17,398 nt of DNA from an uncultured archaeon (GTDB taxonomy: Archaea; Iainarchaeota; Iainarchaeia; Iainarchaeales; 0-14-0-20-30-16), in the NCBI GenBank assembly GCA_964565125.1, contig CAZMCX010000001.1:2157-19554 (forward strand), written 5' to 3'. The position numbers were made by a program, and so were the translations under genes. Below the pieces are notes generated by a model. That model was given only the letters and a program-made list of their open reading frames with translations. It was not told the origin of the DNA and made no database searches. Position 1 is the stretch's first letter. The number at the start of each line of letters is the position of its first letter. Below are positions 1 through 6,530 of this stretch, one piece after another.

Positions 1-1
1 A

Positions 2-370
2 GAAATAGACTTTGGATTCACTATTGGGATGGATGAGAAGTTTACTTTGCAAAAAGAAATAGTAAATAATGTTGAACAGTTTAAGCAAATAAATGATTTT
101 GTTTCAGTGAATAACACAGGGTCTGTTGATTTTATAGTGGATAGTATTTATTCAAATATAGAATGTAAGAAATATGTTACTATAATGTTGCCAATAGATA
201 AGATAGTTCTTGCAAAGTCAGAGAAACAATATGTTTTGTCTGTACCAACAAATACAAAATTCCTTACTATCCCACAAACAATAACTTGTTATATGTATGT
301 GGATTATATTAATCCTTTAACTGACTTGAAGGAATCAAAATCTAAGCCTTTTATAATTGAGCATAATTAG
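2..370 (+). CDS. hypothetical protein, probably the 3' portion of a gene starting upstream of the window (first internal ATG at 29)
   Basis: The frame is open from nt 2, with no stop before the ATG at 29, and ends at TAG 368-370. The sequence is Asn/Ile/Val-rich and looks beta-rich. I recognise no motif. Confidence 0.45.
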   Translation, partial: EIDFGFTIGMDEKFTLQKEIVNNVEQFKQINDFVSVNNTGSVDFIVDSIYSNIECKKYVTIMLPIDKIVLAKSEKQYVLSVPTNTKFLTIPQTITCYMYVDYINPLTDLKESKSKPFIIEHN

Positions 371-394
371 TACATTTCATAAAGTGATCCTTAT

Positions 395-436
395 GGCCAA
401 GTTTGTGATTTCAAAACGGAGAAATCAAAACTGGCC
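395..436 (+). other. intergenic imperfect hairpin (about 16 bp stem with two single-nt bulges, 8-nt loop aaaacgga)
   Basis: GGCCAAGTTTGTGATTTC (395-412) pairs with GAAATCAAAACTGGCC (421-436). It lies between the stop at 370 and the start at 458. Its arms resemble those of the hairpin at 4186-4217. Confidence 0.6.
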
Positions 437-457
437 CAGTAAAAAGATGTGATTTTT

Positions 458-1552
458 ATGGTAGAAAATGAAGATATGATTATTCAGAGTATTAAGAAGC
501 TCCTAAGCCTGAAGCTTAGTGATGATGAAATTATAGAAAACCTTCTTGATGCGGGCCTAGAAGAAGATTATGCTCGAGAGATATTGGCATCAGTTAAGAA
601 AGAAAAGGAAGTAGTTAAGGAAAAAGCAAATCCCGTGAAAGCCAAAGTCTCTGCAGGGGCAGAAGATGACAGTGTTTGGGATGAAGGGGTTCTGAGTGTT
701 ATAAACCAGAAGCTAGAAGAAATTAGTGAAATGGAAAAAAATATTGGGCAGGTAATAAAGAAAGAAACACAAGTAATAGTTGAGAAAGAATTAGAGAAAC
801 TGAAAATTGTACTTGATTCTCAAAGAATTTTGCTTGTGAATAAGGTAAATAATGCAGTAAGTGATACAACTGCGGGTGCAACTAAAAAAATAGAAGATTC
901 TCTAAATGAAATTGTGGAATTTGAAGAAAGAATAATTAAGAAGTCGGATGACTTGATGATGAATTACAAGCTTTTAAAAGAGCTACAAGATTCTATTTCA
1001 AAGCAGGTGGAAGAGTTTCCGCGTTTGAAAGAAGAGTTATTTGCTAAGTTTGAAAAAGATGCAAGCAAATATCAAAACAATTATGATGCCTTGTTGGTTA
1101 AATATGATGAAAAATTTAAGGACATAGATAATAAGCTTAATAACACAATGAGCTTGGCAACAAAGATTGTTGACGGTTTAGTTGGGGCAACAAAGAAGAA
1201 GATTGAAGATGCAGTAAAGATTAAGAGTAAAGAAGAAATAAGTGGAATATCTGAGAAAATTAAAGAATTTGAAGTTACAAAGTCTAAAATGATAAAAGAA
1301 ATCGCAAAAATAGAAGAGATAAGAGAAGAATATGAAAAGAAGCGTGGAGAAGATATTAAACAAGCAGTCAAAGGATATTTGGATCAGAATATGGTTGGAA
1401 TATTGAAATCTGCAAAGCAAAAAGAAGATACCGAAAGCCAAGAGGTATTCAAGGAACAAATTGGAAACTTGGTTAAGAAGCTCCAAAGAGATGTAGAAGA
1501 GTTGAAGTCTCCTAGGAAGGTAGTGGCAAAAACAAAGAAAGGGGTAAAATAG
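458..1552 (+). CDS. Lys/Glu-rich coiled-coil protein of unknown function (364 aa from ATG 458; the ORF track starts at GTG 449)
   Basis: Long ORF ending at TAG. A short helical N-terminal module (IIQSIKKLLSLKLSDDEIIENLLDAGLEEDYAREILASV) is followed by about 300 aa of heptad-like K/E/I/L sequence. GATKK(K)IED occurs twice, at nt 875-898 and 1184-1210. A GTGAT Shine-Dalgarno-like motif lies 4-5 nt upstream of ATG 458. Confidence 0.6.
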   Translation: MVENEDMIIQSIKKLLSLKLSDDEIIENLLDAGLEEDYAREILASVKKEKEVVKEKANPVKAKVSAGAEDDSVWDEGVLSVINQKLEEISEMEKNIGQVIKKETQVIVEKELEKLKIVLDSQRILLVNKVNNAVSDTTAGATKKIEDSLNEIVEFEERIIKKSDDLMMNYKLLKELQDSISKQVEEFPRLKEELFAKFEKDASKYQNNYDALLVKYDEKFKDIDNKLNNTMSLATKIVDGLVGATKKKIEDAVKIKSKEEISGISEKIKEFEVTKSKMIKEIAKIEEIREEYEKKRGEDIKQAVKGYLDQNMVGILKSAKQKEDTESQEVFKEQIGNLVKKLQRDVEELKSPRKVVAKTKKGVK

Positions 1553-1619
1553 TATAAAGAGCACCAGAACAAGGAAGAGGCAAGATTGCTTTTAATCCTA
1601 TTTGGTTGAGTTGATATTT

Positions 1620-2348
1620 ATGGTTCTTAAATTGATGTGCCCCAAGTGTGGCAGACAAGTAAAGAAAGAGGATTTCTTGGGTAAAGTATGTAAAGTGTGC
1701 TTTGAGGAGCAAAACCCAGAACCTATGACGCTAAAAATAAGTTCTATTCCTCTGTGTACTAATTGTGGAAAGATATATGGACATAAATGGCTTCCTAGAA
1801 AGCAAATTTGGGATGTAATTAAATCTAATATTCAATTTAGTCAAGACAATTTATATCTAATTTCATATACTCTTAAGGATATAATTATGAGTGGTAGACA
1901 AGGGGTTCAGGCAAATATAAGGTATTATTACAAGCACGGCGGAAAAAAGATAGTAAAAACATTTTCTAAGTCTTTATTTTTGAAGACAACTACCTGCCCA
2001 ATATGTGGAAAGATAAAAGGAAATTACCACGAAGCAATAATACAAATAAGGTATGAAGGGAAAGAAGAGCCGAAAGGTGTTTGGAAATTAATAGAACAAA
2101 CAATAAGGCCGTATGAGGAAGATAATACTATTGCAATACAAGATAAGGGATACTTAAAAACTGGGGGCTATGACTTAAATATTACTTTAAAGACCATTGC
2201 AAACACAATTGTAAAGAATCTGCGAAACGCCTTTCAGCCAGAATACAAGATTAGCCATAGGCTTGTTGGGTTTGATATGCCGGCGAGTAAGAAGAAGTAT
2301 AAAACCACCTATCTGTTAAGATTCCCCCCAAGTAACGAAAGCTTATAA
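1620..2348 (+). CDS. nmd3: NMD3-family protein (archaeal homologue of the 60S export/biogenesis adaptor NMD3), zinc-ribbon N-terminus
   Basis: The N-terminus has CPKCG...CKVCF...CTNCG CxxC pairs. A later TTCPICGKIKGNYHEAIIQIR segment matches the NMD3 signature (CxxC followed by g-Y-EAilQlR). The start is ambiguous between ATG 1620 (preceded by GAGTTGAT) and ATG 1635 (MCPKCG). The stop is TAA at 2346-2348. Confidence 0.75.
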   Translation: MVLKLMCPKCGRQVKKEDFLGKVCKVCFEEQNPEPMTLKISSIPLCTNCGKIYGHKWLPRKQIWDVIKSNIQFSQDNLYLISYTLKDIIMSGRQGVQANIRYYYKHGGKKIVKTFSKSLFLKTTTCPICGKIKGNYHEAIIQIRYEGKEEPKGVWKLIEQTIRPYEEDNTIAIQDKGYLKTGGYDLNITLKTIANTIVKNLRNAFQPEYKISHRLVGFDMPASKKKYKTTYLLRFPPSNESL

Positions 2349-2350
2349 AA
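2342..2350 (+). promoter_or_regulatory. candidate archaeal TATA box (CTTATAAAA) for the 594-aa gene
   Basis: An A/T octamer resembling the archaeal TATA consensus ends 21 nt upstream of ATG 2371 and overlaps the nmd3 stop codon. This spacing would give a leaderless or near-leaderless mRNA. Confidence 0.4.
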
Positions 2351-2370
2351 TGTAATAATTCATATTTATT

Positions 2371-4155
2371 ATGAGAGGATTTATGATGAACTACAGAATT
2401 ATAATTTATGTCTTTGGGTTAGTGTTCCTTTTGGGAATTGTTTTTGGAACCAGTATGTTGGGGGTAAAAAGTTATAATGACCCTTATTCTTTTTGTGCGA
2501 ATAGTATAGGCTCTAATCCAGAAGGAATTGATTGTAAGAAATACCTGTCTCAATCAGAAAGCCTTGAAAAGTATATGAATTTTGCTTATAATCCGGAAAT
2601 AGATGATAATAAATATTTAGATTGTCTATTTTCTGAGAAAAAGAATACTCTCGATTTTATAAAAATGAAGGACATTTGCCTAAAAAATATTGTCAGTGAT
2701 AACCAGGTAAAAAAACAACTTGATTTATTTAAGATAAATTGTAGCACGAATTATAACCCTTTAGATGGTTCTCTTGCTACTGGTAAATCATTTAAATTAG
2801 AAGTGAATTGTAAAGGTGTGGTGCCTGCAACTTGTTATAATTTAGATGTAAATTTTGATCAAAGTGATTTGGGGTTTGGGTTTGACACTTATCGGATTAC
2901 CCCAATAATAAAAAAGGGAGAGTCTTGCTTAGATTATGCAGTTTTTAGATTTTTGAAGAAAGAATATGATATAATTCCTAAATCTAGTTCTTTAATAGTT
3001 AATGTAGAACAGTCAATGATTATCTCTGACGCCGGGACAGAACTAGAATATTCTTCATTGATAGATACTAGCAAAACAGAAAGTGAAATAAATTTGCTTT
3101 CCGGGCCGGAAAAAGAGTATTATTCTTGTCTTTCAAAATATGCTTTATTTTCTAAAAAAACAGAAAACAAAATTGAGGTCCTGGAGAATGGAAAGGTAAC
3201 TCTTGCAAACTATGCAGACCTTAGAAAGAATTGTGCAGATAAAGTGCTTTATGCTACTAAGGTGAATATGGAGCCTTTGCTAAAATCAAAAGAAATAGTG
3301 AAAAAGAATATGATATTCCTTTTGAAAAATGTTGCTTTTATAGATCCTAACACTGATTTAGATAAATTAATTGGGAGTTTGGACTACTACTATAAAATTT
3401 ATGAAACAAATATGAAAATCACAGAGAACCCAGAGATGTCAAAAGTTAAGTTCATTTTGGATCTGGATAATGTTTTGGATAGTTATATTTTGAAGAAACA
3501 ACAATTAAGTAAGAGCGAGATGCAGCAATATGATGCAGAACTTCTTAATACTCTAGAAATTAACATTTATGATCGGTTATATAGTAAAAAGAATAGAGAG
3601 CCAACAATAAAAGAGTTTATTGCAGAGATAAATGATCTTTTGAATACTGATGAGTATGCAAGCATAAAGGACTCTGTTATAACTAGCTTTGTAATAAGTA
3701 AGTTCCAGAACTCAATAGACACTAATGAAAATATAGAGATTTCTGCAACAAAGGATTATTTCTTTGTAGAAGGGGTAAAGCTATCTGGGGAATTTAAGAA
3801 CTTGAAGATTACAAACTATGATTTCAATTTGTCTGATGGAAAAATCGCAATAACTTCAAGTAAGAATACTGTGTATTCTGAACTTCCAGTAAAATTAGTT
3901 AATGGAAAAGACTTGTATATTGATGGGATTAAAGTAATTTGGCTATCTGATAATGTAGTTGATTCTTCAGTTAAATCTTATAAAATTACTGCTAGCAAAG
4001 AAAGTGGCCACATTCTATATCTTGTTGAAAAAGCAGAGACTAAGAAGTTACTTGGATTCATTACTATCCAAGAAGTTATAACTGATGTCTATAATGCAGA
4101 AACAGGGCTTAAGATCAGGGTAAAGAAGCCATGGTGGGACTTCATGGTAAGATAA
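2371..4155 (+). CDS. secreted or N-terminally anchored protein of unknown function, Cys-rich N-terminal half
   Basis: The N-terminal hydrophobic segment YRIIIYVFGLVFLLGIVFG looks like a signal peptide or signal anchor. There are 10 Cys in the first ~290 residues and none afterwards. The ORF ends at TAA and is followed at once by a T8 run. Alternative starts are ATG 2383 and 2386, preceded by GAGAGGAT. Confidence 0.65.
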   Translation: MRGFMMNYRIIIYVFGLVFLLGIVFGTSMLGVKSYNDPYSFCANSIGSNPEGIDCKKYLSQSESLEKYMNFAYNPEIDDNKYLDCLFSEKKNTLDFIKMKDICLKNIVSDNQVKKQLDLFKINCSTNYNPLDGSLATGKSFKLEVNCKGVVPATCYNLDVNFDQSDLGFGFDTYRITPIIKKGESCLDYAVFRFLKKEYDIIPKSSSLIVNVEQSMIISDAGTELEYSSLIDTSKTESEINLLSGPEKEYYSCLSKYALFSKKTENKIEVLENGKVTLANYADLRKNCADKVLYATKVNMEPLLKSKEIVKKNMIFLLKNVAFIDPNTDLDKLIGSLDYYYKIYETNMKITENPEMSKVKFILDLDNVLDSYILKKQQLSKSEMQQYDAELLNTLEINIYDRLYSKKNREPTIKEFIAEINDLLNTDEYASIKDSVITSFVISKFQNSIDTNENIEISATKDYFFVEGVKLSGEFKNLKITNYDFNLSDGKIAITSSKNTVYSELPVKLVNGKDLYIDGIKVIWLSDNVVDSSVKSYKITASKESGHILYLVEKAETKKLLGFITIQEVITDVYNAETGLKIRVKKPWWDFMVR

Positions 4156-4163
4156 TTTTTTTT
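4156..4163 (+). terminator. oligo-T (T8) archaeal-type terminator
   Basis: A run of 8 T starts directly after the TAA stop at 4153-4155. Oligo-T tracts are the known archaeal termination signal. Confidence 0.5.
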
Positions 4164-4185
4164 ACTGGAAAAATTATCAGACCCT

Positions 4186-4217
4186 AAAGCAATTTTGTGT
4201 AAATCAAAATTGGCTTT
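4186..4217 (+). other. intergenic imperfect hairpin (12-13 bp stem, one bulge, 7-nt loop tgtaaat), related to the hairpin at 395-436
   Basis: AAAGCAATTTTG (4186-4197) pairs with CAAAATTGGCTTT (4205-4217). Its 3' side, TAAATCAAAATTGGCT, matches GAAATCAAAACTGGCC of the first hairpin at 13 of 16 positions. Confidence 0.55.
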
Positions 4218-4248
4218 ATGGTGACTGGTTGATTAGAGGGTTTTTAAA

Positions 4249-5382
4249 ATGTCGCATACGGACCTAGTAAAAAGACAGTTGTTAACGAAAGATAGACTAA
4301 AACAAAAAGAGGTCTTAAGGAAAAAGAATATTACTATTTATTCAGAAATTGCTATTTCTGGAAAAAGCCCTTATGGTAGAATACTTAGTGTTGATGAAAG
4401 AACAGAATTATTAATAAGGTCTATTTGGAAAAGGTTTTCTAGGGAAAAAGGAAGTAAAGTAACAAAGATTCCCGCAATTACTCCTGAAGAAAATTATGCC
4501 ATTTTAAAACTACTTCTGGAAGATCCGGTTAAAGTTATAAAAATTGCTGAATTGCATGAACATGGGCTTCGCAGGTTATTGTTTAACTTTAAAACAGCCC
4601 ATTTTGGGGCTCTTGCTAAAGAGTTATCTGGACAGGGAAAAATTTATTCGTTTTTTTCTGCATTAGCTAGAGATGGTACTGAACTTACTTATTTTGGGAC
4701 TTCCCTTGCAAGAGGAAATAGTCTTGAATCTTTTTTTAAGCCATTAAATGCAAGGGATATGGAATTGGCTGCTAAAGCCATGGGGCATGGAATCCAATAT
4801 TTTATACAGGGGCTTTTTTCATTGGCTAAACAAAGGAAGGGGGAAGAATTAGTAGCACAAAGTCTTGCAAATGCATTAAAACAACCAGCTATGCAAGAGA
4901 AAGGCAGGGGGCCTTTAGCAAAGATATACAATTTTACGAGATATATGGGCGTTGAGGGAAGGGTATTTGCAAGGGAGTTAGCATTTAAAGGAGTATTAGA
5001 TAAATTTTTGCTTGGGTTAGGGGAAAATATTGGGGACTTGGCAGCAGGGTTTGGTGTAAAAATAGATGCTTTTGTTGTTGGTGCAAAAATAATTCACTAT
5101 AAGACATATCTCCGATTAGAAGATAGAAAATATAACGCGGTTACTCGACAAGCAGGAATTACCCAGTTAGCAAATGGTATTAGTGAGCACTTTAGAGAAT
5201 TTTCCAAAGGATTATGGCGTGAGGATGGGGTGAAAGTATATAACAATCATGCAACACGTGCGACTGACGTTTTTAGAGCTTGTTTTGATAACGAAGAAAA
5301 AGAAAAAATCTGCAAAATTTTAGAACAGAATGGTATCCCTAAGAACAGTGCTAGATTGTTTCTTGGTTTTAAGGTAATTTGA
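4249..5382 (+). CDS. hypothetical cytoplasmic protein, predicted mostly helical, no recognised family
   Basis: 377-aa ORF with a GAGGG Shine-Dalgarno-like motif about 9 nt upstream of the ATG and a TGA stop. The N-terminus is basic (KRQLLTKDRLKQKEVLRKKN). A central region carries a recurring [S/A/P]LA[K/R/N] motif. There is no signal peptide or TM segment. Confidence 0.6.
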   Translation: MSHTDLVKRQLLTKDRLKQKEVLRKKNITIYSEIAISGKSPYGRILSVDERTELLIRSIWKRFSREKGSKVTKIPAITPEENYAILKLLLEDPVKVIKIAELHEHGLRRLLFNFKTAHFGALAKELSGQGKIYSFFSALARDGTELTYFGTSLARGNSLESFFKPLNARDMELAAKAMGHGIQYFIQGLFSLAKQRKGEELVAQSLANALKQPAMQEKGRGPLAKIYNFTRYMGVEGRVFARELAFKGVLDKFLLGLGENIGDLAAGFGVKIDAFVVGAKIIHYKTYLRLEDRKYNAVTRQAGITQLANGISEHFREFSKGLWREDGVKVYNNHATRATDVFRACFDNEEKEKICKILEQNGIPKNSARLFLGFKVI

Positions 5383-5423
5383 TTATGGCAGTAAAAGAAC
5401 GGAACAAGGGGTAAAAGGAACAG

Positions 5424-5432
5424 TTTATTTTT
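5424..5432 (+). terminator. possible oligo-T terminator (TTTATTTTT)
   Basis: T-rich tract 42 nt downstream of the TGA stop of the 377-aa gene. Confidence 0.3.
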
Positions 5433-5456
5433 CTCCCAATTCTGCCCGAAATAGCA

Positions 5457-5492
5457 ACATTTATGTGCTTAATGTACATTAAATGTATATGT
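5457..5492 (+). promoter_or_regulatory. candidate promoter/operator of the toxin-antitoxin module (ACAT/ATGT palindromes)
   Basis: The region contains ACATttATGT (5457-5466), the perfect 10-bp palindrome AATGTACATT (5471-5480) and ATGTATATGT (5483-5492). ATGT cores at 5463, 5472 and 5483 are spaced 9-11 bp apart, with a fourth at 5489 only 6 bp further on. TTTATGT may serve as the TATA element. GTGATGAG lies 4 nt upstream of ATG 5501. Confidence 0.4.
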
Positions 5493-5500
5493 GATGAGTT

Positions 5501-5767
5501 ATGAATATTAATTTAAAATTAAGTGGCGTTGCGGAAACAGTAATACAAGATATGATAGAATCTGGCTATGCAGCTAGTAAAACAGAAGCAATAAGAATGG
5601 CTTTAGTGAGTTTTAAAGATAAGTTTTTGGATAAGTCTGAATTAGAAAAAGAGTTAGTAATAAGGAAAATGACTCAGATTGATAATGATATAAAAGCAGG
5701 AAAAATAAAATTAATTAGCGCAAAGGATGCTGCAAAAGAATATCCTGAACTGGCCAGGTTGGTTTAG
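5501..5767 (+). CDS. ribbon-helix-helix (CopG/ParD-like) antitoxin
   Basis: An N-terminal beta-strand (NINLKLSG) is followed by helix-GY-helix (VAETVIQDMIESGYAASKTEAIRMALVSF). This matches the RHH pattern seen in, for example, ...ERGYSSRSEAIREAL. It is 88 aa long and is followed immediately, in the same frame, by a RelE/ParE-like ORF. Confidence 0.7.
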   Translation: MNINLKLSGVAETVIQDMIESGYAASKTEAIRMALVSFKDKFLDKSELEKELVIRKMTQIDNDIKAGKIKLISAKDAAKEYPELARLV

Positions 5768-6025
5768 TTGTATGAAGTAGTATTTTCTGAACAATATTTT
5801 AAGTTTGGGGATAATATTTCATTAGATGCGAGACAAAAAATTTCTAAGAAATTAGAAATTTTAAAAACGGATCGGCAATTTAGGCACCTAAGATTTGGTG
5901 TCCCCTATTTTGTTCTAGAAATTTGACAATATAGAGTTTGTTTTTCTGAAATAGAAAAAGCACGAATTCTTGTTTTTGTTGGTAATCACAAAGAATACGA
6001 AAAATGGTATCTGTCTAAAATGTAA
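5768..6025 (+). pseudogene. RelE/ParE-family toxin gene interrupted by an in-frame TGA at 5924-5926
   Basis: TTG 5768 directly follows the antitoxin TAG. The translation is (M)YEVVFSEQYFKFGDNISLDARQKISKKLEILKTDRQFRHLRFGVPYFVLEI*QYRVCFSEIEKARILVFVGNHKEYEKWYLSKM, with TAA at 6023-6025. It has the length and layout of an ~85-aa RelE/ParE toxin. The stop falls where the family has the conserved Gly of the (R/L)xxGxYR(I/V) strand. Confidence 0.6.
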
Positions 6026-6027
6026 AT

Positions 6028-6038
6028 CTTTTTATTTT
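6028..6038 (+). terminator. oligo-T terminator candidate (CTTTTTATTTT)
   Basis: T5-A-T4 tract 3 nt after the TAA that ends the toxin reading frame. Confidence 0.4.
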
Positions 6039-6167
6039 CAAACCTCTATTTGTTTATATGCCTAGAATTAGAGAACCACAGAGAGAACATAAGCCATTAA
6101 CTGAAAGACAGGTTCGTGCTAAAAAGAAATCTAGCAATAATGGGAAATTATTGGATTGCCTATTTAT

Positions 6168-6404
6168 TTAATTCTCCTCAGAAGTTTCTAGATTATAGAG
6201 TACATTGGCTCCTTTTAGAGTAGCACTCACTTTATTTCCTAAGGCAAGTATTTCATCTATTGTGGGTGTATGATCCCAAGAATAAGTATAGTCTATGGAT
6301 CCTTGTGCAGGAAAAAAATTTAACATTTTTAATCGATTAGTTATTTGAGTAGGTATCTCTCCCTCACTATTAAACATAATTATTAGATTTGTCTTAAACG
6401 TCAT
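6168..6404 (-). CDS. small hypothetical protein (78 aa)
   Basis: The ORF runs ATG to TAA with a globular-looking, non-low-complexity sequence. Two TATA-like boxes lie upstream on the minus strand, within 6407-6447. I recognise no family. Confidence 0.4.
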   Translation of the reverse strand: MTFKTNLIIMFNSEGEIPTQITNRLKMLNFFPAQGSIDYTYSWDHTPTIDEILALGNKVSATLKGANVLYNLETSEEN

Positions 6405-6467
6405 ATAAATCCCTATAAATAAGGAATAGGAATCTATAAAAATCCCTGCTTTTTGTAGAGTAGAAAT

Positions 6468-6500
6468 AAAAAAAAAAGGGGAGAGGCTGCTAAGAGCCCC
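6468..6500 (-). terminator. GC-rich element followed by T10 on the minus strand, terminator of the 835-aa surface gene
   Basis: The minus strand reads GGGGCTCTTAGCAGCCTCTCCCC followed by TTTTTTTTTT. The first part contains a short GGCT/AGCC stem. It lies 31-63 nt downstream of the TAA at 6531-6533. This is the only long G/C-flanked oligo-T tract in the window. Confidence 0.55.
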
Positions 6501-6530
6501 TATTGTATAATTAATGATTTAATATTTCTA

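Noticed and set aside
1081-1712. Minus-strand ORFs 1081-1371, 1178-1564, 1384-1572 and 1512-1712
   Set aside because: They lie antisense to the GAA/AAG-rich coiled-coil gene. Their translations are Phe/Leu/Ser-rich low complexity with no start context.
5924-5926. TGA reassigned to Gly (as in genetic code 25) or Trp, which would make the toxin gene intact
   Set aside because: The confidently coding frames in this window total roughly 5,900 codons and contain no other in-frame TGA. Conserved Trp and Gly positions, such as WGGAL in AMP phosphorylase, use TGG and GGN. Three genes end on TGA at sensible positions. The NMD3 and TATA-box evidence also points to an archaeon, not to the bacterial lineages known to use that code. 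A nonsense mutation is the simpler reading.
6058-6171. 37-aa basic ORF (MPRIREPQREHKPLTERQVRAKKKSSNNGKLLDCLFI) between the toxin remnant and the 78-aa gene
   Set aside because: It is too short and has no recognisable family. It overlaps the convergent gene's stop by 4 nt. The upstream T-rich tract is better explained as the toxin-antitoxin terminator. It could be real, but sequence alone does not support it.
4249-6530. Horizontally acquired island inferred from higher GC in the 377-aa gene and the presence of a toxin-antitoxin module
   Set aside because: Spot counts show that the conserved enzyme genes are at least as GC-rich; one AMP phosphorylase line gave 43%. I found no flanking direct repeats, integrase or tRNA. 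The GC contrast mainly reflects the extreme Asn/Ile/Tyr bias of the surface genes.
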